Below, in pieces: positions 11,243-18,512 of a DNA stretch of 50,356 nt. Position numbers and translations under genes: made by a program. How positions within the stretch are numbered: the first letter of the stretch is position 1; each line of letters opens with the position of its first letter. Below the pieces are notes generated by a model, which did not search any database, was not told where the DNA came from, and saw only the letters and a program-made list of their open reading frames with translations. The stretch is from Candidatus Omnitrophota bacterium (GTDB taxonomy: Bacteria > Omnitrophota > Gorgyraeia > Gygaellales > Profunditerraquicolaceae): assembly GCA_020058085.1 (NCBI GenBank), contig JAGVER010000014.1:99747-150102 (forward strand). Direction: 5' to 3'.

Positions 11243-11860
11243 ATGGCGAGAATCAAACTTACCAAAGGAGAGCTTAAAAAACAGAGAGACGCTTTAAAGC
11301 AATACGAGCGTTACCTCCCCACACTACAACTTAAAAAACAGCAATTGCAACTTGAAATTCTGCGTCAGTCGGTAATCCTTGAAGAAAAGAAGTGCAATCA
11401 AGAAAAAATCATAAGTTCGATAATTTCCTGGATAGGGTTGCTTGAGGACCCGATAATATCTATAAAACCATATCTGGTTATTAACAAAATAACAACCGGT
11501 TTAAAGAATATCGCAGGAATAGATATTCCTGTATATGAAAAAACCGAATTTGCTCCTGCGGAGTATGATTTATTCCTTGCTCCTTTATGGGTGGACGCGG
11601 CAATTGATCACCTGCGCGATTACATATCTCTAGATACAGAGATCTCCGTAATTGGGAAAGGGATAATAATATTGAAACAAGAGTTACGTATCACTACCCA
11701 GAGAGTAAATTTGTTTGAGAAAATTAAAATTCCGGAGTCTAAAGAGAATATACGCCTGATTAAGATTTATATCGGAGATCAATTAAGTAATGCTGTCGGG
11801 CGTTGTAAAATCGCTAAAAGAAAGATCGAAGATTTTGTTTTAGAGGAGGCTAGCGTATGA
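11243..11860 (+). CDS. atpD: V-type ATP synthase subunit D
   Basis: MARIKLTKGELKKQRDALK... is a typical D-subunit N-terminus. ATG 11243 is preceded by AGGAAG. The GTG at 11216 in the ORF track lies inside the intergenic hairpin motif and is not preferred. Confidence 0.85.
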   Translation: MARIKLTKGELKKQRDALKQYERYLPTLQLKKQQLQLEILRQSVILEEKKCNQEKIISSIISWIGLLEDPIISIKPYLVINKITTGLKNIAGIDIPVYEKTEFAPAEYDLFLAPLWVDAAIDHLRDYISLDTEISVIGKGIIILKQELRITTQRVNLFEKIKIPESKENIRLIKIYIGDQLSNAVGRCKIAKRKIEDFVLEEASV

Positions 11861-13629
11861 TCGTAGCCATGAAAAAAGCATTCTTAGTGGTGCAAAATAA
11901 GGATGCGGATAGCTCTATAAGAAATCTGCGCGAACTAGGATTACTTCATGTTGAACATGAACGTGATCCTAAAGGCCGGGAGATAACCTTAATCCAGGAT
12001 GATCTGAATTTGGTTAATCAGGTAGTCGGGATATTGGGGAATTTTACTAGAGAATCTTTAACCGTTGAGGGGAAGCTTAAAAACCAGGGAGACTTAAAGG
12101 TGATTATGCAACATATCGTAGATGCGCATAAACGATATGAACATTTGAAGGAATACTCCGTTACTCTTAAGAGCCGCATCAACCAGTGGGAGCGTTGGGG
12201 TGATTTTGAGCCTAAGGATATTCAAGCCCTAAAGAATGATAATATTTATTTAAGATTTTACGAAGTTTTAAAGGATCAGATCAGCAATTTTCCTAAAAAT
12301 GTGATTATAAAAAAGATCTTTACTCAGGGTGCAGTAGTAAATTGTTTGGCTATTTCAACGGGTGAGCCGGAGATTATTTTTAAGGAGATAGAGCCGCCTA
12401 AAGCCTCTTTAAGCGTGATGAGAGAGAGGTTGAAGAAGGATGCCCTTGCCTTAAGATCCATCCAGGATAATATCGCCGAGCATGCGTCTTATCTGGATGA
12501 TTTATTTACTTTAAAGAACTCTTTGCATAGGGATTTAGAGTTTTACGAAACACTTTACGGTATGGGGCAAGAGGAAGGGCTTACGTATTTAAAGGGATAT
12601 ATACCTTTTGATGCTGAAAAAAAACTTATTGCCGCGGCTAAAAAAGAAGGTTGGGGCATTTTACTTAAAGAGCCTTTAGACAATGATAATGTTCCTACAT
12701 TAATGCGTAATCCTGCCTGGATTTCTTTGATTCGCCCGGTACTTAAGCTTCTTGAAGTTGTTCCCGGTTACCGCGAATTGGATATAAGCCCTGTATTTCT
12801 TATTTTCTTCAGCCTCTTCTTCGGTATGCTTATCGGTGATGCCGGGTATGGCCTGGTTTATTTATTCTTAACGCTCTTTATGCATAAGAAAATAGGCGGG
12901 AGAGTTAAGAATAAAAGTGTATTTTTTCTCTTTTACGTTTTAAGTTCTTGCGCTATTATATGGGGGTTGTTAATTGGGGCTTTTTTTGGCCAGGAATGGC
13001 TTTTAAAGGCGGGATTTAAGCCTTTTGCGCCTAGCCTGAACAATGTTTCTTTTATTCAGGCGTTCTGTTTCTTTATCGGAGCAGTGCACTTATCTATTGC
13101 GCATTCTTGGAGAGCTATTTTAAAAGCCCCCTCATTATCCGCGCTGGCGGATATAGGTTGGATATTTGTATTATGGGCAGCATTTTTTATAGCTAAAACC
13201 CTGCTTCTTGGAGATCCATTCCCCGGATTTGGCAAGTGGTTGATTAGCGCCGGCCTTATTTTAGTTTTGTTCTTTACTAACCCGCAGAGAAATATATTGA
13301 AAGCTGTAGGAGAGGGTGCAGCTACAATCGCCTTAGGCCTGATGAATAATTTTACCGATATAGTATCTTATGTTCGTCTCTTTGCCGTAGGCCTTGCGGG
13401 AGTGGCTATTGCCGATGCGTTTAATGCTATGGCGGTTTCCGTTGCTTCAAGCGGTACTATTGCGCTTATTATGGGTGGGGTTATCCTTATTGCCGGGCAT
13501 GCATTGAATATAATTTTAGGGCCGATGTCGGTTTTGGTACATGGAGTAAGGCTTAATGTTTTGGAGTTTTCCGGTCATGCTAATGTTACTTGGAGTGGAT
13601 TTGAGTATAAGCCTTTAAGTAGAAAATAA
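11857..13629 (+). CDS. atpI: V-type ATP synthase subunit I (a-subunit homologue)
   Basis: 590 aa with a soluble N-terminal half and a polytopic C-terminal half (VSYVRLFAVGLA, containing the conserved Arg). Operon position fits. Confidence 0.88.
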   Translation: MIVAMKKAFLVVQNKDADSSIRNLRELGLLHVEHERDPKGREITLIQDDLNLVNQVVGILGNFTRESLTVEGKLKNQGDLKVIMQHIVDAHKRYEHLKEYSVTLKSRINQWERWGDFEPKDIQALKNDNIYLRFYEVLKDQISNFPKNVIIKKIFTQGAVVNCLAISTGEPEIIFKEIEPPKASLSVMRERLKKDALALRSIQDNIAEHASYLDDLFTLKNSLHRDLEFYETLYGMGQEEGLTYLKGYIPFDAEKKLIAAAKKEGWGILLKEPLDNDNVPTLMRNPAWISLIRPVLKLLEVVPGYRELDISPVFLIFFSLFFGMLIGDAGYGLVYLFLTLFMHKKIGGRVKNKSVFFLFYVLSSCAIIWGLLIGAFFGQEWLLKAGFKPFAPSLNNVSFIQAFCFFIGAVHLSIAHSWRAILKAPSLSALADIGWIFVLWAAFFIAKTLLLGDPFPGFGKWLISAGLILVLFFTNPQRNILKAVGEGAATIALGLMNNFTDIVSYVRLFAVGLAGVAIADAFNAMAVSVASSGTIALIMGGVILIAGHALNIILGPMSVLVHGVRLNVLEFSGHANVTWSGFEYKPLSRK

Positions 13630-13643
13630 AAAGGGAGGTTTTG

Positions 13644-14096
13644 ATGGATACAGGAGCTTTAGTTCAATTTAAGGATTTAGGTCTAGGTCTAGTTCTCGGG
13701 CTTTCCGCTCTGGGTTCAGGCGCCGGGGCAGGGGTAGCGGGTATGGCCGCTATTGGCGCATGGAAAAAGAACTTTTCCCAGAATAAGAGCGCATCATTTT
13801 TATTGGTAGCTTTAGTGGGAGCGCCTTTAACCCAGACGATTTACGGAAATATTGTTATGACCAAGATGATTGAATTGGCGAACCAAGGGCATTATTTATG
13901 GGGAATAGGCGCACTCTCCGGAGCGGCCATAGGTTTATCCGCGTATTGGCAAGGTAAGTGCGCTGCCTGTGCCTGCGACGCAATGGGAGAGACCGGCAAG
14001 GGTTTTGGAAATTATCTGGCAGTCTTAGGTATTACTGAAACCGTTGCGCTTTTAGTTATGGTTTTTACGCTGATTATTTTAGGGAAGGTAGCATAA
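13644..14096 (+). CDS. atpK: V-type ATP synthase proteolipid subunit K
   Basis: About 150 aa with a 4-TM hairpin duplication. Shows a TQ / QGK / ET ion-site pattern. GGGAGG lies 7 nt upstream of ATG 13644. Confidence 0.88.
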   Translation: MDTGALVQFKDLGLGLVLGLSALGSGAGAGVAGMAAIGAWKKNFSQNKSASFLLVALVGAPLTQTIYGNIVMTKMIELANQGHYLWGIGALSGAAIGLSAYWQGKCAACACDAMGETGKGFGNYLAVLGITETVALLVMVFTLIILGKVA

Positions 14097-14174
14097 GAAA
14101 ATAATTCCGGCCTTAATCTGTCTATAAACCCGCTTACTAAATTGCTTGCAATTTTGGAATATCGGGTATAAATG

Positions 14175-14211
14175 AAAACGGACAACTTTAGTTTTTAACT
14201 ATTATCGTCCG
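14175..14211 (-). terminator. possible intrinsic terminator of the minus-strand lipoprotein pair
   Basis: On the minus strand, CGGAC...GTCCG outer stem with an inner TAGTT/AACTA stem, followed by TTTT. The stem is imperfect with a large internal loop. Confidence 0.3.
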
Positions 14212-14224
14212 CTACAAAAAGTTA

Positions 14225-14443
14225 TTATTTACCTGTAGGTTGAGAGAGCTGGATGTTTGAGTTGGTTGTTTCGTTAGTACCAATAACACCCAAGAAAGCA
14301 TTGTATTGAACTTTTTGTTTTTCTATGTTTAAACCACCACGACCATCGCTGGAGATGTTTGATACAAAAGGACCAGCTGTAGAGCAGCCTGCAAGCGTTA
14401 CGAGCATTAGAGGTATTGCTATTAAGATTGCTATTTTCCTCAT
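14225..14443 (-). CDS. small lipoprotein (72 aa)
   Basis: MRKIAILIAIPLMLVTLAGC has a perfect lipobox (LAGC). GAGGAGG precedes ATG 14443. The longer ORF-track start at 14500 lacks an RBS. Confidence 0.7.
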   Translation of the reverse strand: MRKIAILIAIPLMLVTLAGCSTAGPFVSNISSDGRGGLNIEKQKVQYNAFLGVIGTNETTNSNIQLSQPTGK

Positions 14444-14474
14444 TTTATCCTCCTCAGTTTGTTGTAGAGAAGAT

Positions 14475-14876
14475 TTAGGGCTTTGATTTTTGTTCTCCAA
14501 ATTTATAACCGGGGCAATAATAATAATCAGCCAAAGCAGTCATAGAGTCAACTGAGCTGAAACCTCCACCACCTACACCATTATATACTGAAGCCGAACC
14601 GGAACTTCTCTGACCTCTTGCCAAGTCGGTTATAACGACTACGTTAGCACCGTAAAGGGTTGCTCTTTGTTTAAAATAATCGTAACACTTTCCCCCTGCT
14701 TGGCTACAAGCTTTCTGAATTTTATACTCACAATTTTTATTGGGAACTTCTTTCTCAATTCTAACCTGTTCCCATCCTGGGAATCGTCTATTGTATCGTA
14801 TATTTCGGCTTGCACAGCTAGATAGAGAGATTAAAAACACTAATACTAAGATTGAGGATGTAATTTTTCTAAACAT
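14475..14876 (-). CDS. lipoprotein (133 aa, possibly DUF4156-like)
   Basis: Signal peptide plus lipobox LSSC. Cys-containing mature domain with YGANVVVI and a Gly-rich stretch. The family assignment is from memory only. Confidence 0.6.
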   Translation of the reverse strand: MFRKITSSILVLVFLISLSSCASRNIRYNRRFPGWEQVRIEKEVPNKNCEYKIQKACSQAGGKCYDYFKQRATLYGANVVVITDLARGQRSSGSASVYNGVGGGGFSSVDSMTALADYYYCPGYKFGEQKSKP

Positions 14877-14907
14877 TATTCCCCATTTTATAAAAGATTA
14901 TGTCCCA

Positions 14908-14936
14908 ATTATACTCCTAAAGGAGGCCTATGCCAA
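14908..14936 (-). promoter_or_regulatory. sigma70-like promoter for the minus-strand lipoprotein operon
   Basis: On the minus strand: TTGGCA, a 17-nt spacer, then TATAAT, about 30 nt upstream of ATG 14876. The spacer contains the palindrome CCTCCTTTAGGAGG. Confidence 0.55.
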
Positions 14937-14990
14937 GAAAAAATAGTTAGATTTTTTCACTTCCTGCGTCTTTGTGTAGGAGGCGTAGAA

Positions 14991-15158
14991 ATGATTAGTC
15001 CGATTACTTGGCTATGGAACATAAGGCATGGGAAGCTATTAGAGCGGACAAGGCGAACAATTGATACTTTAATTCTGATTAACAATATCAAGAGGAAGCA
15101 GTGTTGCTACTACCTGTGCAGGTATCTAAAGAAGGTTGTTGCTCGGGTTGAGGGTTAG
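14991..15158 (+). CDS. candidate small basic Cys-containing protein (55 aa)
   Basis: Below the ORF-track size cut-off. AGGAGG lies 7 nt before ATG 14991. Translation: MISPITWLWNIRHGKLLERTRRTIDTLILINNIKRKQCCYYLCRYLKKVVARVEG. There is no homology evidence. Confidence 0.25.
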   Translation: MISPITWLWNIRHGKLLERTRRTIDTLILINNIKRKQCCYYLCRYLKKVVARVEG

Positions 15159-15167
15159 CGGTATAAT
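15139..15167 (+). promoter_or_regulatory. sigma70-like promoter (TTGCTC-17-TATAAT)
   Basis: -35 TTGCTC at 15139-15144, a 17-nt spacer, and -10 TATAAT at 15162-15167. The palindrome TACCTGTGCAGGTA at 15111-15124 lies just upstream. Confidence 0.4.
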
Positions 15168-15220
15168 CTTCTCAATATCACAAAGGAGAGGTAGTGGGGT
15201 TAAAGTAGTTAAATATAAGG

Positions 15221-15248
15221 CAACTCTCTAAATAGGGGTTGTTTTTTT
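15221..15248 (+). terminator. intrinsic terminator / attenuator hairpin upstream of the DUF1622-like gene
   Basis: CAACTC (15221-26) pairs with GGGTTG (15236-41), with one G-U pair, followed by T7 (15242-48). It lies 26 nt before ATG 15275. Confidence 0.5.
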
Positions 15249-15274
15249 AAAAGAAAGGAAGGTATATTAATAAA

Positions 15275-15601
15275 ATGGATACTCTACACAGCGTTATTAA
15301 TAACATCAGTCTTTTATTAAATATCATCGGTGCTTTAATTATTATTTGGGGGGCAGGTATTTCTCTGTTTGAATTCTTAAAAAAAGAGATTGTGGATAGA
15401 AGCAAGGCAATGCAATTAAATGAAGCTATTCGTATTCGTTTGGGAAGTTATTTAGTTTTAGCTTTGGAATTTTTTATTGCTGGCGATATCATTAAAACCA
15501 TTATCACTCCTACCTGGGAGAGCCTAGGAATATTAGGAGCGATTGTTGTAATCCGAACGGTATTAAGCTATTTTTTAACCAAGGATTTAAAAAAGATTTA
15601 A
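15275..15601 (+). CDS. DUF1622-like small membrane protein
   Basis: 108 aa with predicted TM helices. RLGSYLVLALEFFIAGDIIKTI resembles DUF1622 proteins, from memory. Confidence 0.6.
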   Translation: MDTLHSVINNISLLLNIIGALIIIWGAGISLFEFLKKEIVDRSKAMQLNEAIRIRLGSYLVLALEFFIAGDIIKTIITPTWESLGILGAIVVIRTVLSYFLTKDLKKI

Positions 15602-15657
15602 TTTAGAAGATAACTAATATTTATCATTTGTGCAGTAGGGACATTGAAGGAGGGAAA

Positions 15658-16008
15658 ATGAAGAAGATAATTAACTCCGTTGTTCTGTTCATATTTATTA
15701 TTAATATGACTGGCTGTGCGACAATTCTTAAACCTAAAGAAACTCAAATGAAAGTAACAAGTGAGCCAGAAGGTGCAGAGATTTATCAAACTGTTGGAAG
15801 GAGGTTCGGCAGGGGTAAAGAAGTTAGAGTAGGCAGAACGCCGACCACAATAACTCTTGATAATAAGCGCGAAGCCAACCTCACCTTTAGGAAAGATGGA
15901 TATGAAGAAATCACCTATAGGGCTAAGCCATACAAGCATCCTGGTTGGCTGCTTGTTTCATTTGCCTGTGCTTATAATTCCAGCTTTTATAGATTGGGTA
16001 ACACATAA
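15658..16008 (+). CDS. PEGA-domain lipoprotein, apparently frameshifted near its 3' end
   Basis: GAAGGAGGG RBS. MKKIINSVVLFIFIINMTGC signal peptide and lipobox. VTSEPEGAEIY is a PEGA motif. A family-like C-terminus (IDWVTHNSYYFKEREIKVTLDP) continues in the +1 frame to 16096. Confidence 0.65.
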   Translation: MKKIINSVVLFIFIINMTGCATILKPKETQMKVTSEPEGAEIYQTVGRRFGRGKEVRVGRTPTTITLDNKREANLTFRKDGYEEITYRAKPYKHPGWLLVSFACAYNSSFYRLGNT

Positions 16009-16150
16009 TTCTTATTATTTTAAGGAAAGAGAAATTAAAGTAACTCTCGACCCAGTATTACCGAAACAAGCCGACCAAATTAATACTAAGAAATAAAGTA
16101 AGTAGTAATTAGCTCATCCGCTTCATCATCTGGGCACTAAAGACATTGGA

Positions 16151-17584
16151 ATGGGAATGAAGATATTGCTGATTAATCCCTTTGGTTCGAATTGGGTCGA
16201 GGGTATGGAAGACTATACAGAGATAGCGATCCGCATGGCGCCTATTGGAATCCTATCTATTGCCGCGTATCTTTTGCGAGAAAAGCATAAAGTAGCGGTC
16301 CATGATTGCGGGGGGCCGGTGAACCGCCTTGGGATCGAAGAGGTTATGGCCCGCGTCAATTCGTTCAGGCCCGATATCGTTGGTTTTACTGCTGTAACTT
16401 CGAGTTTCATGAATGCATATCTTTTGGCGGAGAAGATCAAGCGGGAAGCGTCCCATATCAAGATTGTCTTCGGTGGTGTACATGTTTCCGCTCTAGGTAG
16501 GAAGATACTCGAAAAGTTTTCGTCCATAGATTTCGTTATTACCGGAGAAGGTGAGAAGGCCATGGCTGATCTCGCAGCAGGTGTTCAGCTCGGGAAGATT
16601 CAGGGATTGGTGTTTCGTGAGGGCTCTAATATACGAGAGAATGATCTGCGCACTGACCTCTGCGAACTCGACACGCTTCCGTTTCCCGCTTACTATACGC
16701 TTGATGGTTTTCCGAGGAGCTTTAAGGCGGCGCTGTTTAATTATCCGAAAGCCCCAACCGCAACTATTATCTCTAGCCGTGGCTGTCCCTATCAGTGTTC
16801 CTATTGCGACCGTTCGGTCTATCGCAGAAGCTTTCGTTTCAATTCGGCGGAATATCTTTATGAGCATATGATCTCTCTTAAAGTTGATTTCGGCATTAGG
16901 CACGTTATTTTCTATGATGATCTGTTTACTTTTAATCGTAACCGGATCGAGAAATTATGCGAACTGTTGCAAAAGAAACCGCTTAAGATGACCTTTAACT
17001 GCGCTGTGCGCGTAGGGCATATTGACGATGATTTGCTCAAATTGCTAAAAGCCTCGGGGTGTTGGATGGTTAGTCTTGGAATCGAATCAGGCGCGCCAGA
17101 GATTCTTGCTAGACATAAGACAAAAGCAGATTTTTTTGAGATGAAGATGACGGTGAAAAGAATTCAGAAGGCAGGTTTACGGGCAAAAGGGCTTTTTATG
17201 ATGGGCTTGCCCGGAGAGACCGAGGAGACTATCAAGATGACGACAGATTTTATCAATGGCCTTGAACTGGATGATATGAACATGACTAAGTTTACGCCAT
17301 TCCCGGGGTCACCTATTTATCAGAACATCCGGGAAGAGGGGTCGTTTGAGGAAAAATGGGAGCTGATGAACTGCCTTAATTTTGTTTTTGTCCCCAAGGG
17401 CATTAAATCAAAGGCGCGTCTTGAGAATTTGTATAAGAAATTCATTAAACAGTTCTATTCCAGTCGGAACTGGATAAGTAAATTCCTGCCGCTGATCTTT
17501 AAGTCTCCTCATAGTATCTACCGGATTGTGAGAAATTTGCCGATTTTTCTGAAGATTAAAAGCGATTTTGAGCCGAGAAAGTAG
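16151..17584 (+). CDS. cobalamin-binding-domain (class B) radical SAM protein
   Basis: N-terminal MKILLINP... Rossmann-like B12-type domain, then the SSRGCPYQCSYCD CxxxCxxC cluster. 477 aa. It is markedly more GC-rich than its neighbours. Confidence 0.8.
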   Translation: MGMKILLINPFGSNWVEGMEDYTEIAIRMAPIGILSIAAYLLREKHKVAVHDCGGPVNRLGIEEVMARVNSFRPDIVGFTAVTSSFMNAYLLAEKIKREASHIKIVFGGVHVSALGRKILEKFSSIDFVITGEGEKAMADLAAGVQLGKIQGLVFREGSNIRENDLRTDLCELDTLPFPAYYTLDGFPRSFKAALFNYPKAPTATIISSRGCPYQCSYCDRSVYRRSFRFNSAEYLYEHMISLKVDFGIRHVIFYDDLFTFNRNRIEKLCELLQKKPLKMTFNCAVRVGHIDDDLLKLLKASGCWMVSLGIESGAPEILARHKTKADFFEMKMTVKRIQKAGLRAKGLFMMGLPGETEETIKMTTDFINGLELDDMNMTKFTPFPGSPIYQNIREEGSFEEKWELMNCLNFVFVPKGIKSKARLENLYKKFIKQFYSSRNWISKFLPLIFKSPHSIYRIVRNLPIFLKIKSDFEPRK

Positions 17585-17725
17585 TGGGCTCGTTCTCTCA
17601 AATATCCATTTGCCAAGCCTCATATTTTAGGTTAAAATAGTTAAAATTCAGCATAGTAATACATCCGCGCTCTGGCGCATTAGTTTACATTTTCGGTAGA
17701 GAATAAGGTATGTTTTAAAAGTTCT

Positions 17726-17754
17726 TTGACAAAATCGAACCAACGTATTATTGT
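17726..17754 (+). promoter_or_regulatory. sigma70-like promoter (TTGACA-17-TATTGT)
   Basis: Consensus -35 at 17726-17731, a 17-nt spacer, and TATTGT at 17749-17754. It lies 19 nt upstream of ATG 17773. Confidence 0.5.
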
Positions 17755-17772
17755 GTATATTGGTGATTAATA

Positions 17773-18453
17773 ATGAAAGAAAAAGAGAGAGATGAAGCAA
17801 GAAGATTAAGAAGAGACGGTTGGTCCTTAAGAACTATTTCAAAAAAGATCAATTGTTCTAAGAGCTCTGTAAGTCAGTGGATAAGAGATATTAATCTTAC
17901 GTCGGTACAAATATCAAAGCTAAAATCGGCTCAGGATAGAGGTAGAGCCAAAGCTGCAAATCATCCTAATAGCTCTAGGGTGAAGTGGGCTAGGATACGC
18001 GAAGAGGCAATTTCTTCAGCGAGAAAAGAATTGCCTTCTCATATATCATTTTTGCATCTTAAATTAATCGGTGCAGTTCTCTATTGGGCAGAGGGGTATA
18101 CTGCTTCAAGAAACCTGTTTATTTTTGCTAACAGTGACCCAGCGATGATTTGTTTAATGAAGTTATTCTTGGAGCAAGTTTGTAAAGTTCCTCCAGATCA
18201 ATTCCGAGGAAGAGTTAATATTCACCCCCATTTAGATATTAAGGCAGCCGAAAAGTATTGGTCAAAAGTAAGTAAGATATCCATCCGTAGATTTCATAAG
18301 CCTTTATTAGCCGTTAGCAAGGCGAGTAAACAAAAGAGAAAAACATTGCCATATGGAACATTTAGAATTGTTATTTCCGATGTTTTTTTATGCTGTAAAA
18401 TAAAAGGTTGGATTGATAAATTAAAAACTTGGGCGATTAGCTCAGCTGGTTAG
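17773..18453 (+). CDS. HTH-domain protein with a LAGLIDADG-like C-terminal region
   Basis: N-terminal RLRRDGWSLRTISKKINCSKSSVSQWIR is a resolvase/terminase-type HTH. LYWAEGY...FANSDP resembles a LAGLIDADG-type motif. The 3' 23 nt run into tRNA-Val. Confidence 0.5.
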   Translation: MKEKERDEARRLRRDGWSLRTISKKINCSKSSVSQWIRDINLTSVQISKLKSAQDRGRAKAANHPNSSRVKWARIREEAISSARKELPSHISFLHLKLIGAVLYWAEGYTASRNLFIFANSDPAMICLMKLFLEQVCKVPPDQFRGRVNIHPHLDIKAAEKYWSKVSKISIRRFHKPLLAVSKASKQKRKTLPYGTFRIVISDVFLCCKIKGWIDKLKTWAISSAG

Positions 18454-18507
18454 AGCATCTGCTTTACACGCAGAGGGTCAGGGGTTCAAGTCCTCTATCG
18501 CCCACCA
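18431..18507 (+). tRNA. tRNA-Val (anticodon TAC), CCA encoded
   Basis: Hand-folded cloverleaf: acceptor GGGCGAT/ATCGCCC, D arm GCTC/GAGC, anticodon stem TCTGC/GCAGA with loop TTTACAC, T arm AGGGG-TTCAAGT-CCTCT, discriminator A, CCA. Confidence 0.9.
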
Positions 18508-18512
18508 TTTTT

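Noticed and set aside
14107-14116. CCGGCCTTAA after atpK as a fifth motif copy.
   Set aside because: Only the 5' half is present (no CACC clamp, no complementary arm, no TAAAGGA). It is mentioned as a possible remnant but not called.
15168-15250. preQ1-type or fluoride-type riboswitch in the leader before the DUF1622-like gene.
   Set aside because: By eye, the consensus features I remember for these classes are absent (preQ1: a P1 stem closing before an A-rich tail; fluoride: GGCGAUG...CUGAUGA-like cores). Kept only as a generic attenuator candidate.
15857-16096. The 79-aa ORF as an independent gene.
   Set aside because: It has no RBS or sensible start. Its 3' part reads as the missing C-terminus of the PEGA lipoprotein in the +1 frame, so it is treated as a frameshift issue instead.
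16213-16903. Five overlapping ORFs of 64-136 aa on both strands within the 16151 radical SAM gene.
   Set aside because: They are a stop-codon-poor artefact of the locally high GC content. All are embedded in the radical SAM reading frame, which has clear motifs.
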